Positions 27,041 to 35,367 of a DNA stretch of 64,000 bases are shown one piece after another. Made by a program: the position numbers and the translations under genes. Positions within the stretch are counted from its first letter, which is position 1; each line of letters starts with the position of its first letter. The notes under the pieces are model-generated. The model saw only the letters and a program-made list of their open reading frames with translations, was not told where the DNA came from and did not search any database. This DNA is from Elusimicrobia bacterium GWD2_63_28 (lineage in GTDB: Bacteria; Elusimicrobiota; Elusimicrobia; Elusimicrobiales; UBA9959): assembly GCA_001799895.1 (NCBI GenBank), contig MGUI01000044.1, forward strand, positions 55,483 to 119,482, given 5' to 3'.

Positions 27041-27053
27041 GCGAACCAGCCGG

Positions 27054-27090
27054 AAAGAAAAGCCCCGCCTTGGCGGGGCTTTCTTTTTTG
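27054..27090. terminator. Bidirectional terminator between convergent genes
   Basis: AGCCCCGCC-TTG-GCGGGGCT flanked by an A-run and a T-run. Confidence 0.75.
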
Positions 27091-27093
27091 CGG

Positions 27094-28167
27094 CTACAGG
27101 GCCTTCTCCCTCTCCATGGCGGCCGTGAAAGCCGGCCAGAACGGGTCCTTCACCGGGTGGGCCAGATCGCGCTGCCTGCCGTCCTCCGTAACTTTTATGC
27201 CGCCGGATTTTTCTGTAACCTCGCCTATGACCGAGGTAGCTATGCCTTTGTCCTCGAGCCGGGCCAGTATGGCGGGTACGCCGGCGGGTTTTGCCGTTAT
27301 TATGAGCGTGCCTTCGCTGATGGCGGAGTACGGGTCTATGCCGAAGCGCGCGCAGAGCCGCGCCGCGGCGGGGTCCAATATTATGGCGTCCCGGTCCACC
27401 GCCATGCCGGTGCCGGAGGCCCGGGCTATCTCGTAGAGCCCGCCCCAGATCCCGCATTCGGTGGCGTCGTGCATGGAAGTCACGCCGGCGGCGCGGGCGT
27501 TCCCGTCGGCCGCGGCCAGCGCGTCCTCCACCGTGGACATCTTGTAGAAGAGCTTCTCCAGTTCGCGCAGGTCAGGCGCGCCCAGTTCCGCCTCCACCAG
27601 TTTCGGGCAGGCCGCGGCGAAGAGGCCGCAGGTCTCTATGGCCGCGCCCTTCGTTACTATCACCCTGTCGCCAGGCCTGGCCATGCGGGTGGTAACGTAC
27701 TTGTCCTCGTCTCCCAGCGCCGTCATCACCGCGCCCCCGACCATGGGGTAATTGCAGCCGGCGTAGCGGGCCGTGTGGCCGGTCACCACGCTGACGCCGT
27801 ACTTGACGCATTCCCGGTGCACGGTCTCCCACAGCAGTTCGAGCTCCTCTTTTTTTATGGAGAGGGGGAGGTTCAGGTCCACGGCCAAATGCGAGGGCGC
27901 GAGCCCCGTGGTGGTGATGTCGGAGGCCAGTATGTGGAAAGCGAACCAGGCTGCGCGCTCCCAGCCGTATTCCGGCACGATGAAGATCGGGTCCGCCGTC
28001 ATGGCCATTACCCGGCCCGGCGCCACGCGCACCACGCCGCAGTCCACGCCGTGCATGGGCCCGGCCAGTATGTCCGGCGACGGGGCGCCCAGGCGCGGGT
28101 AGATGAGGCCGTCGAAGACGGCGGGGTTGATCTTGCCCTCGGCGGGCAGTTCGGCTGTTAAGGTCAT
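27094..28167 (-). CDS. PurM/AIR-synthase superfamily protein (HypE/ThiL-related), last gene of the thi operon
   Basis: The N-terminal GPMHGVDCGVV...MTADPIF and the ASDITTTG motif resemble PurM-type ATP-binding N-domains, and a PurM C-domain-like half follows. ATGA overlap with the thiE stop. Confidence 0.65.
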   Translation of the reverse strand: MTLTAELPAEGKINPAVFDGLIYPRLGAPSPDILAGPMHGVDCGVVRVAPGRVMAMTADPIFIVPEYGWERAAWFAFHILASDITTTGLAPSHLAVDLNLPLSIKKEELELLWETVHRECVKYGVSVVTGHTARYAGCNYPMVGGAVMTALGDEDKYVTTRMARPGDRVIVTKGAAIETCGLFAAACPKLVEAELGAPDLRELEKLFYKMSTVEDALAAADGNARAAGVTSMHDATECGIWGGLYEIARASGTGMAVDRDAIILDPAAARLCARFGIDPYSAISEGTLIITAKPAGVPAILARLEDKGIATSVIGEVTEKSGGIKVTEDGRQRDLAHPVKDPFWPAFTAAMEREKAL

Positions 28168-28787
28168 TTCTTTCTCCTGTTGAATTGTTTTACCGACTGG
28201 CCGGTTTTATTCCCGGCGAATACCGAAGACACTACCGACACCAGGTCGGCCCCGGCCGCGTAGACCAGCGGGGCGTTCTCGGGGGTGATGCCGCCTATGG
28301 CCACCAGCGGCACCTGCAGCCTGCGCCGGGCTTCGGCGAAGACCGAGAGCGGCACCAGGGCCTCCCGGGGCTTGGTGGGCGATTTGAAGCAGGCGCCGAA
28401 CGAGATATAATCCGCGCCGGCCTTCTGCACCCGGACTGCGAGGTCTATGTCGCCGTAGCAGCTCACTCCTATTATGGCCCGCCGCCCGAGCAGCGCGCGG
28501 GCCTCTTCCACTGAGGCGTCGTCGCGCCCTAGATGCACGCCGTCGGCGCCGATAAGCGCCGCCAGCTCCGGGTCGTCGTTGATCACCAGTTTCGCGCCGT
28601 GTGCGTGCGCCGCCCGCACCGCCGCCCTGGCCAAGGCCAGGCGGTCGCGCAGGGAACTGGCTTTCTCGCGCAGCTGTATTATGCCGGCTCCGGCGGCGGC
28701 GGCTTCGGCCACTTTTCGCACGAAATCGCGGCGGCGCATGAGCTTCTCGTCGGTGATGACATAGAGGCCGCTGGGAAGTTTTTTCAT
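28164..28787 (-). CDS. thiE: Thiamine-phosphate synthase
   Basis: Motifs LYVITD, IQLREK, GADGVHLG and VAIGGI. The ATG at 28787 was chosen; the track ORF extends to 28943 inside thiD. Confidence 0.85.
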   Translation of the reverse strand: MKKLPSGLYVITDEKLMRRRDFVRKVAEAAAAGAGIIQLREKASSLRDRLALARAAVRAAHAHGAKLVINDDPELAALIGADGVHLGRDDASVEEARALLGRRAIIGVSCYGDIDLAVRVQKAGADYISFGACFKSPTKPREALVPLSVFAEARRRLQVPLVAIGGITPENAPLVYAAGADLVSVVSSVFAGNKTGQSVKQFNRRKK

Positions 28788-29572
28788 GAGGCCCTCCAGT
28801 GGTGGTTCAGCGGGCCGTGCCCCGCGCCCAGGCCGAAGGCGTGGCGTATGGCGCCGGCCACGTACTCCACCGCGCCGGCCACAGCCTCCCGCGGCGGCAG
28901 GCCCAGGGCCAGGCCGGCCGCTATGGCCGCCGACAGCGTGCACCCCGTGCCGTGGGTGTTCTTAGTCCTGACGCGGGGAGAGGAATGGACGGTGAAGGTT
29001 TTTCCGTCGTAGAGCAGGTCCTGGCAGACCGGCCCGGCCAGGTGGCCGCCCTTGACCAGCACGAAAGCGGGCCCCAGTGCGCGTATGGCGCGCGCGGCTT
29101 TCTTCGCGCCGGCCAGGTTCCGCACGGCCACTCCGGAGAGGCGCTCAGCTTCCGGCGCGTTGGGCGTAACCAGCAGCGCGAGCGGCAGCAGTTCCTTTAT
29201 CAGCGCGCCGGCGGCCCGCGGCTCCAGCAGGGCGTGACCGCTCTTGGCGTACATCACCGGGTCCACCACCAGGTTCTTCACGCGGTGGGCCTTCAGCCGC
29301 GAGGCGATGGCCTGTATCGCGGCCGCCGAGCCCAGCATGCCGGTTTTAACCGCGCCCGCCCCGATGTCCTCCAGCACGGCGTCTATCTGCCCTGAAACCA
29401 CCTGCGGTGGTACGGCCATTACGCCGCGCACGCCGAGGGTGTTCTGTACGGTGACCGCGGTGACGGCCGACATGCCGTAGACCTTGAAAGCCGAGAAGGT
29501 CTTGAGGTCCGCCTGTACGCCGGCCCCGCCGCCGGGGTCCGAGCCCGCTATGGTGAGCGCGCGGGCCGTCAT
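28784..29572 (-). CDS. thiD: Hydroxymethylpyrimidine/phosphomethylpyrimidine kinase
   Basis: Motifs ALTIAGSDPGGGAGVQADLKTF, VKTGML and GTGCTLSAAIAAGLA. The start at 29572 gives an ATGA overlap with the thiC stop. Confidence 0.85.
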   Translation of the reverse strand: MTARALTIAGSDPGGGAGVQADLKTFSAFKVYGMSAVTAVTVQNTLGVRGVMAVPPQVVSGQIDAVLEDIGAGAVKTGMLGSAAAIQAIASRLKAHRVKNLVVDPVMYAKSGHALLEPRAAGALIKELLPLALLVTPNAPEAERLSGVAVRNLAGAKKAARAIRALGPAFVLVKGGHLAGPVCQDLLYDGKTFTVHSSPRVRTKNTHGTGCTLSAAIAAGLALGLPPREAVAGAVEYVAGAIRHAFGLGAGHGPLNHHWRAS

Positions 29573-30840
29573 GCCGCGGCCTGCCTGCCAAGCTTGCGCG
29601 ACTGCCGCATGGAACAGAACTCGGGGCCGCACATGTTGCAGAACTTTTTCTTCTGGCCGTCGCCGCGGTAGCAGCGCGCGCGCCGCGGGTCCAGCGACAG
29701 CGCGAACTGCCGCTCCCAGTCGAAAGCGTAGCGCGCGCGCGACATGCGGTGGTCCCGCTCTGCGGCCCCGGGCCGGCCGCGGGCGATGTCCGCCGCGTGG
29801 GCGGCTATTTTGGAGGCGATGATGCCCTGCCGCACGTCCTCAAGCTCCGGCAGGCCGAGGTGTTCTTTCGGCGTTACGTAGCAGAGGAAGGCCGCGCCGG
29901 CCCAGGCGGCCAGCGCCCCGCCGATAGCGGAATTTATGTGGTCGTAGCCGGCGGCGATGTCGGTGACCAGCGGGCCCAGCACATAGAACGGCGCGCCGTT
30001 GCACACCTTCTCCGCGCGCTCCACGTTCATGAAGACCTTGTCCAGCGGCACGTGGCCGGGGCCTTCCACCATCACCTGCACGCCGGCGGCGCGGGCCCGC
30101 TTCACCAGGCCGCCCAGAGCGTCCAGCTCGGCGAACTGCGCGGCGTCGCACGCGTCGGCGAGCGACCCGGGGCGCAGCGCGTCGCCGAGGCTGAAAGTCA
30201 CGTCGTATTTCCTGAAGATCGCGCAGATGTCGTCGAAGCGTTCGTAGAGCGGGTTCTCGGCGCGGTTCAATTCCATCAAGCGGGCCAGCGCCGCCCCGCC
30301 GCGCGACACTATGCCGGTGGTCCGGCCTTTTATAAGCGGCAGGTGGCGGCGCAGCAGCCCGGCGTGTACGGTCATGAAGTCCACACCGGCCTCGGCTTGT
30401 TCTTCAATGACCTCCAGCAGCAGGGCGGCGGTTATCTTCTTGGCGCCCCCGGCCCGCTTCAGCGCTTCATAGAGGGGCACCGTGCCCACCGGCATGGGGC
30501 TGCGCTTTATTATCTCTTTCCTTATCTTAGGCAGGTCGCCGCCGGTGGACAGGTCCATTACCGCGTCGGCGCCGAGCTCGGCGGCCAGCGCGAGCTTGCG
30601 CAGTTCCTGCCGCAGGCCGGAGCCGGTTCCCGAGGTGCCCAGGTTCACATTGATCTTGCAGTTGAAGGCCTTGCCTATGGCTGCGGGGAATAAGCCCTTG
30701 TGGTTTAGGTTGGCCGGCACCACGGCGCGGCCTGCCGCCACCTCTTTGAGCAGCAGGCCGGCTTCGGCGCCTTCGCGCGCGGCGGCTTTTACCAGTTCAG
30801 GGGTTAAGGCGCCCTTGCGGGCTGATTCGAGTTGTGTCAT
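29569..30840 (-). CDS. thiC: Phosphomethylpyrimidine synthase
   Basis: ThiC-like sequence throughout, with the C-terminal CX2CX4C cluster motif CNMCGPEFCSM. It lies immediately downstream of a TPP riboswitch. Confidence 0.9.
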   Translation of the reverse strand: MTQLESARKGALTPELVKAAAREGAEAGLLLKEVAAGRAVVPANLNHKGLFPAAIGKAFNCKINVNLGTSGTGSGLRQELRKLALAAELGADAVMDLSTGGDLPKIRKEIIKRSPMPVGTVPLYEALKRAGGAKKITAALLLEVIEEQAEAGVDFMTVHAGLLRRHLPLIKGRTTGIVSRGGAALARLMELNRAENPLYERFDDICAIFRKYDVTFSLGDALRPGSLADACDAAQFAELDALGGLVKRARAAGVQVMVEGPGHVPLDKVFMNVERAEKVCNGAPFYVLGPLVTDIAAGYDHINSAIGGALAAWAGAAFLCYVTPKEHLGLPELEDVRQGIIASKIAAHAADIARGRPGAAERDHRMSRARYAFDWERQFALSLDPRRARCYRGDGQKKKFCNMCGPEFCSMRQSRKLGRQAAA

Positions 30841-30865
30841 TATTTCCTTTGTGAGAGGAAAAATG

Positions 30866-30898
30866 ACAATAAAAAACCGGCTGCGCAGGCGCAGTCGG
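30866..30898 (-). terminator. Attenuator terminator (expression platform of the TPP riboswitch)
   Basis: The minus strand reads CCGACTGCGCCTGCGCAGCCGG followed by TTTTTT, about 25 nt before the thiC RBS. Confidence 0.6.
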
Positions 30899-30919
30899 CA
30901 ATAGGCATACGGACCCTTT

Positions 30920-31012
30920 CATTTTCCCTCCGCCGGTATTACCCGGTTCAAGTTATAAGGGTCTTCCGGCAACACCGGAACTCTCAGCCTGGTCGCTACC
31001 AAGCTCCCCGCG
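30920..31012 (-). promoter_or_regulatory. TPP (THI-box) riboswitch aptamer
   Basis: The minus strand reads GGGGAGC..GCUGAGA..ACCCUUAUAACUUGAACCGGGUAAUACCGGCGGAGGGAA. This matches the conserved CUGAGA and ACCUGAUCUGGAUAAUGCCAGCG-type THI-box cores. Confidence 0.85.
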
Positions 31013-31042
31013 TCCTTTTTGAGGACAGATAGATTTTAACAA

Positions 31043-31119
31043 AAATAGGGACAGCCCCCTATTTCCTGGCCGGGGTCCGTGGTAAGGAGTATTGGGAAAA
31101 TAGGGGGCTGTCCCTATTT
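31043..31119. repeat. Perfect 22-bp inverted repeat with 33-nt spacer
   Basis: AAATAGGGACAGCCCCCTATTT (31043-31064) and AAATAGGGGGCTGTCCCTATTT (31098-31119) are exact reverse complements. Confidence 0.9.
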
Positions 31120-31126
31120 AAATAAG

Positions 31127-31150
31127 AACGCCCCGGGGGACCGGGGCGTT
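31127..31150 (-). terminator. Terminator-like hairpin after the HEAT/NlpC-P60-like gene
   Basis: AACGCCCCGG-GGGA-CCGGGGCGTT, a 10-bp stem. The U-tract is only modest. Confidence 0.5.
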
Positions 31151-31168
31151 CTGTTGTCCGGAGTGAAA

Positions 31169-32371
31169 CTAGTTTGCCGGCACGGGGAGGGGGATCGAGC
31201 TAGCCTCGGGGGCGCGCACGCCGAAAGCTCCGGAGAGAGCGTTGAAGCCCTGGGTGATGATGGCCTGGCCGGGCATTATGATCGTGGCGTTGTTGGGCAG
31301 GATGATCTGGCCCTGGGGTTTGACATTGGGCTTTAAAGCTATGAACTGCTCCCAGGGGGTCAGCGGCCAGCCCCAGCCGGTCTCGTAGCTGTTCTCGGTG
31401 GGGTTCAGGCCCACGGCCTCGTAGAGGAATTCGGTATAGCCCACGCAGTCGAACTTCACCGGGCCCTTCTGGGAGCCGTGGGTGTCGCTGTAGGTGAGGC
31501 CTCTTTTGCCCATTTCTATGGCCAGCCTGGCGATGCGCTCGCGCTGCGCGGCGGTGGGCTTCACCGGGGTGGTGCGGTTGCCGTAGTACGGGTACATGAA
31601 GTGGTGGGTGAAGTTGTTCCAGGAATCTATGTTGCGCACGCCGCCCGGCTTGAAGTTATCCGGTACGCAGTCCGCGATGACGACGCTGATCTTGCCGTTC
31701 TTGATCTCGGTGCCGACGAACAGGCCGGCGTGGCCGATGGGGAGGTCGGGGCTGACCCAGCCGCTGATGGTGCCGGTAATGCCGCCGGTGAAGATCAGGT
31801 CCGCCTGCTCTATGCCGACTTCTTTGGAGGGGACCAGGTTCAGCACGGTGGAGGGATAGTTGATATGCTCGAGCATCTCGAAGGCCACGGAGCGGACCAC
31901 CGCGGTCTCCTGCGGGTTGGAGGCCACGCCGAACAGGTAGGGGCCGGCCTTGGTATTGCTCTTGAGCTTGCCCATGCTGATGATCAGGTTCATTTTCACT
32001 ACATCGTCGGCCTCGCCGTAGAACTTGGAAAGCTTGGACATCAGGCGGGGGTCGCCTATTTCGCCCAGGGACCAGATGGAGTCAATGGCCTTGAGGCGGG
32101 CCTTGAGGTTGTCTTCGTAGACGCCTTTGTTGGCGCTTTTGCTGGCGTTGAGGGCGGCCGACTGGTAATTTTCTATGTTGGCCAGAAGCGCGTCCACCGC
32201 CGAGTCGCGGGTGGCGGAGTCGCTGCCTTCGTCCATGGCCTGCTGCATTAAAACGGTAGTTTCGGATTTATGCCTGGTATCGTCCACGGGCAACGCATTC
32301 GTGGCGTAGGCTGAAACTGAGAAGGATAAGAGGACTGCGGTAAGAGTAAGGTTCTTGAAAGTGCCGTTCAT
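31169..32371 (-). CDS. Secreted protein: HEAT-like repeats plus C-terminal permuted NlpC/P60 (YiiX-like) cysteine hydrolase-like domain
   Basis: Signal peptide present. Repeats of the type LGEIGDPRLMSKL / VVRSVAFEML occur in the N-terminal half. The C-terminal half has ADLIFTGG....PIGHAGLFVG and later FDCVGYTEFLYEAVG (candidate catalytic Cys). Confidence 0.5.
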   Translation of the reverse strand: MNGTFKNLTLTAVLLSFSVSAYATNALPVDDTRHKSETTVLMQQAMDEGSDSATRDSAVDALLANIENYQSAALNASKSANKGVYEDNLKARLKAIDSIWSLGEIGDPRLMSKLSKFYGEADDVVKMNLIISMGKLKSNTKAGPYLFGVASNPQETAVVRSVAFEMLEHINYPSTVLNLVPSKEVGIEQADLIFTGGITGTISGWVSPDLPIGHAGLFVGTEIKNGKISVVIADCVPDNFKPGGVRNIDSWNNFTHHFMYPYYGNRTTPVKPTAAQRERIARLAIEMGKRGLTYSDTHGSQKGPVKFDCVGYTEFLYEAVGLNPTENSYETGWGWPLTPWEQFIALKPNVKPQGQIILPNNATIIMPGQAIITQGFNALSGAFGVRAPEASSIPLPVPAN

Positions 32372-32499
32372 TAACTCCCTCCTTGGCTGCTCTACACCTA
32401 TAGTTTATCACAGGGGGAGAAAACGGCAAGGTTCGGCAGGCCTATAGGCCCGGAGTTAAATAGACCAGGCCCGCGTGGGCCCTTTGGGCCCCGGGCCTG

Positions 32500-33615
32500 T
32501 TACTTCGCGTTTATTAATGTGAGCACCGGGATCTCGGTGGAAGAGAGCCAGCGCAGCGGGGGGCCCCAGGTGCCGGCTCCTGAAGTTACATAGAAAATAC
32601 TGTTATTTATATGGTACAGCCCGTAGAAATGCCTGTAGAACAGCCAGGTAAAGAAGTGGAAGGGGAAGATCTGCCCCCTGTGGGTGTGGCCCGAGAAGCC
32701 CAAATAATCCCCGGCCGCGGCTATCTCTTTGTAAAACACCGGCTGATGCGTCATCAGGACGGTGAACTTGCCGTCACGGTGCTTTCCCAGTATGGAGGTC
32801 ACGTCCTCCTTGGTCAGGTGTTCGGTATGTATGTCGCCCAGGCCTATCAGCTTCAGATCGCCCAGGTCGGCGGCTTCGTTCTTCAGGAGTTTTATGCCGA
32901 AGGCCTTGTAGCAGCCCAGCGCGGCGTCCAGGCCGTAATAGTATTCGTGGTTGCCTAGCGCGCCGTAAAGGCCCAGGCGGCTCTTTATCTTGCCGGTAAG
33001 CTCGGCCAGGTCCTGGCGGCAGGTGATGCCCGGGTCTATCAGGTCGCCGGTCACCAGCACCAGGTCCGGCGAGGCCGAATTGATCCGGTCCACTATGCCG
33101 GCGAACTGCCGCAGCTTCCAGCCGGAGTCCACGTGCATGTCCGAGATCTGCGCTATGCGGAAGCCCTCCAGGGCGGGGGGCAGGTTTTTTACCGGGACGG
33201 TGATTTCCTTCAGCACCGGTATTTTCTGGCCGCCGTATACGCTCCAGGCGATAACTCCCGCCAGCAGGGCCAGTGTCAGGCGGGCCAGGGCCGCGGGCGA
33301 GAACCAGGCCGCGCGCCGCAGTGCCAGAGCGGCCAGGTCCGAGCAGGCGAACAGGAAAGCGGCTATCAGGATTATCCCCATCCAGGCGTAGCCGACGGCG
33401 TAGAGGGCTTCCAGGAAGGGGCTATGGTAGTAGCGCTTGAGGAACATGGTGAACGGCGACAGGAAGGCCGCCGCCAGCAGGGCTCCCCTCAGCCAGGCGG
33501 CCGGGCCGGGGAGGATGGCGAAGCTTCTTGCCAGCCAGCGGCCGGCGTAAAAATGCAGCCCGACATAGGAGACTACCAGCAGTATGAAGACGGGGAAGAA
33601 ATGATAGGTTTTCAT
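32500..33615 (-). CDS. Membrane-anchored metallophosphoesterase (YkuE-like)
   Basis: Four N-terminal TM helices are followed by the DMHVD, GDLID, GNHEYY and GHTHRGQ motifs. Confidence 0.85.
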   Translation of the reverse strand: MKTYHFFPVFILLVVSYVGLHFYAGRWLARSFAILPGPAAWLRGALLAAAFLSPFTMFLKRYYHSPFLEALYAVGYAWMGIILIAAFLFACSDLAALALRRAAWFSPAALARLTLALLAGVIAWSVYGGQKIPVLKEITVPVKNLPPALEGFRIAQISDMHVDSGWKLRQFAGIVDRINSASPDLVLVTGDLIDPGITCRQDLAELTGKIKSRLGLYGALGNHEYYYGLDAALGCYKAFGIKLLKNEAADLGDLKLIGLGDIHTEHLTKEDVTSILGKHRDGKFTVLMTHQPVFYKEIAAAGDYLGFSGHTHRGQIFPFHFFTWLFYRHFYGLYHINNSIFYVTSGAGTWGPPLRWLSSTEIPVLTLINAK

Positions 33616-33836
33616 GGGCGGTCAGTCTCAATTATATAATTTAGTAGCCCATGACACACCACCTCAACCGTGATCCCGGGCCGCGCGGCTACCAGGCCCG
33701 GCCTTTGATATTTAGATAAAACACGCAGCCCCCTATGGCCCCCCGGAGAAGCCGGGGGTAGGGCGCCGTATAATTATAAATATTTATATTATTATAAATG
33801 ATAATATAAATAAATAGCCAAACTAGGGAGACCAAA

Positions 33837-35126
33837 ATGAAAAAAGCATTTAAGCTTTATGCGGCAGCCGTTGTGTTCTCTGTACTTTTAACGGCCGGCC
33901 CCGCCGGGCACGCCGTGGCCGCGGTTTCTTTTAAGAATACTGACCTGCTCAATATTTTCAACGACAGCAAGACCTTGTACGGGGACCAGGACACCCTGGG
34001 AAAACGCATCAACACGATCAAGAATTATCTCGGGACCTCGGCCACGGCGCTGGGGATGCTGTCCACGTTGGACGCCGACCTGAGAAAACTTGAGGCCTCG
34101 GCTAAAACCCTGCAGTCCGCGGCGGTGGCGGCGGAAGCCATACCGCAGGCCAGAGAAAAGGCCGGGAAGATAAAAGCCTCGCTCGGAGCGTCGCTCAAGG
34201 AGATTACCGCCGCCCGCATAAGAGTGGACGCCATAGTGGCCAAAACGGAACCCCTGCGCCTGAAACTGGCCGACGCGGCAGACAAGGCGGATAAGCTCGG
34301 CAAAGCTCTTTACATCATCAACAACGGCTTTGTGAAAAAGTTCCCCCGCGTTGCTCAAGCCGCCGAAGCCTGCCTTGCCAGCCTGCCGGGAAATACCCGG
34401 GCCTGCGCTGACCCCAATGTAAGCAAGTACGCCGTCAAACTGGACCAGGCGCTGGTGGACTACGACAAAGCGGTAAAGGTTCTTATCTATACCCCGGGCG
34501 CCTGGCTGCCTTCTGTCGATTTCTTCAACCCTTTCGGCCCCGAGCTTGCTGAAATAGACTCCCTGCGCAAGCAGATCGAGGCCCTGTATGACCGGGTGGA
34601 AGGCCTGAGCAACAAGCTCTCGGGGCTCAACACACTGGTGAACAGCAGTTTTTCCTTCAGTTTCCCTTATCCTACGCTGACCGGGATGTCTTCTTACAGA
34701 GTATCCATAGGCTTCAGGACCATTATGGATGGCGCCGACGCCATAGAGGGAAAAATTAAGAGCGTACTGAGCAGCTTCCTCTGGGAAGTGCTGAGCAAGC
34801 TCGGCGTGGGGGGGTATGTCGATTCCCTGATAAAGCAGGCCAACAACGCGCTGAACGTCATCCTTGATGCGGTGGACGCCAACATAAACCTCGGCCTGCC
34901 CGACCTGGCGGCCCTGAATGTTTTTGAAGCCGACGAACTAAAGCTGGAGGCCTCCATCAACGCGCTTAAGCTTCCGTCCGTGGGAATGGACCTGCCTAAT
35001 TTTGGGCTGCCGGGCCTGGACCTGAACTTGGGAGAAATAGAGAAAATGTTCTCGGTGCTGACCCCTAACGGTCTCGACTTGAAAAACCCCGACCTCTGCA
35101 AGAACGTCACTTACGGCTGCAAGTAG
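33837..35126 (+). CDS. Secreted, predicted mostly helical protein of unknown function
   Basis: GGGAGA RBS and signal peptide. The N-terminal half is Ala/Lys/Leu-rich. The terminal pair of cysteines lies in CKNVTYGCK. An extremely AT-rich tract (33768-33815) precedes the gene. Confidence 0.55.
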   Translation: MKKAFKLYAAAVVFSVLLTAGPAGHAVAAVSFKNTDLLNIFNDSKTLYGDQDTLGKRINTIKNYLGTSATALGMLSTLDADLRKLEASAKTLQSAAVAAEAIPQAREKAGKIKASLGASLKEITAARIRVDAIVAKTEPLRLKLADAADKADKLGKALYIINNGFVKKFPRVAQAAEACLASLPGNTRACADPNVSKYAVKLDQALVDYDKAVKVLIYTPGAWLPSVDFFNPFGPELAEIDSLRKQIEALYDRVEGLSNKLSGLNTLVNSSFSFSFPYPTLTGMSSYRVSIGFRTIMDGADAIEGKIKSVLSSFLWEVLSKLGVGGYVDSLIKQANNALNVILDAVDANINLGLPDLAALNVFEADELKLEASINALKLPSVGMDLPNFGLPGLDLNLGEIEKMFSVLTPNGLDLKNPDLCKNVTYGCK

Positions 35127-35142
35127 GCGAAGCCGAAGCAAA

Positions 35143-35174
35143 GAGAAACCGCCGGGGAGTCCCGGCGGTTTCTC
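35143..35174 (+). terminator. 14-bp stem hairpin after the secreted-protein gene
   Basis: GAGAAACCGCCGGG-GAGT-CCCGGCGGTTTCTC. No clear U-tract follows. Confidence 0.5.
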
Positions 35175-35296
35175 ATGGCTTCAGTAAATAGTAATATAGC
35201 CACCAGCGTCCCCTATAAGCCATAGCCCCACCTTCGCCTGAAGATTAATACTGTCCCTGACCAGCCGGCGTCCCGCCCGGCGGCAGAACCGCGCGC

Positions 35297-35367
35297 AAAA
35301 ACGCGCCGGGTTAAGGGAAAAAAGGCGGGGGGAATTGACGATAACCGCTCTTATGCTTCCTACAGTT
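35297..35367 (+). repeat. Direct repeat copy A (71 bp), a pseudo-copy of the EamA gene leader plus its first codons
   Basis: It aligns without gaps to 36303-36373, with 59 of 71 identical by hand alignment. It includes CTTATGCTTCCTACA. Confidence 0.8.
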
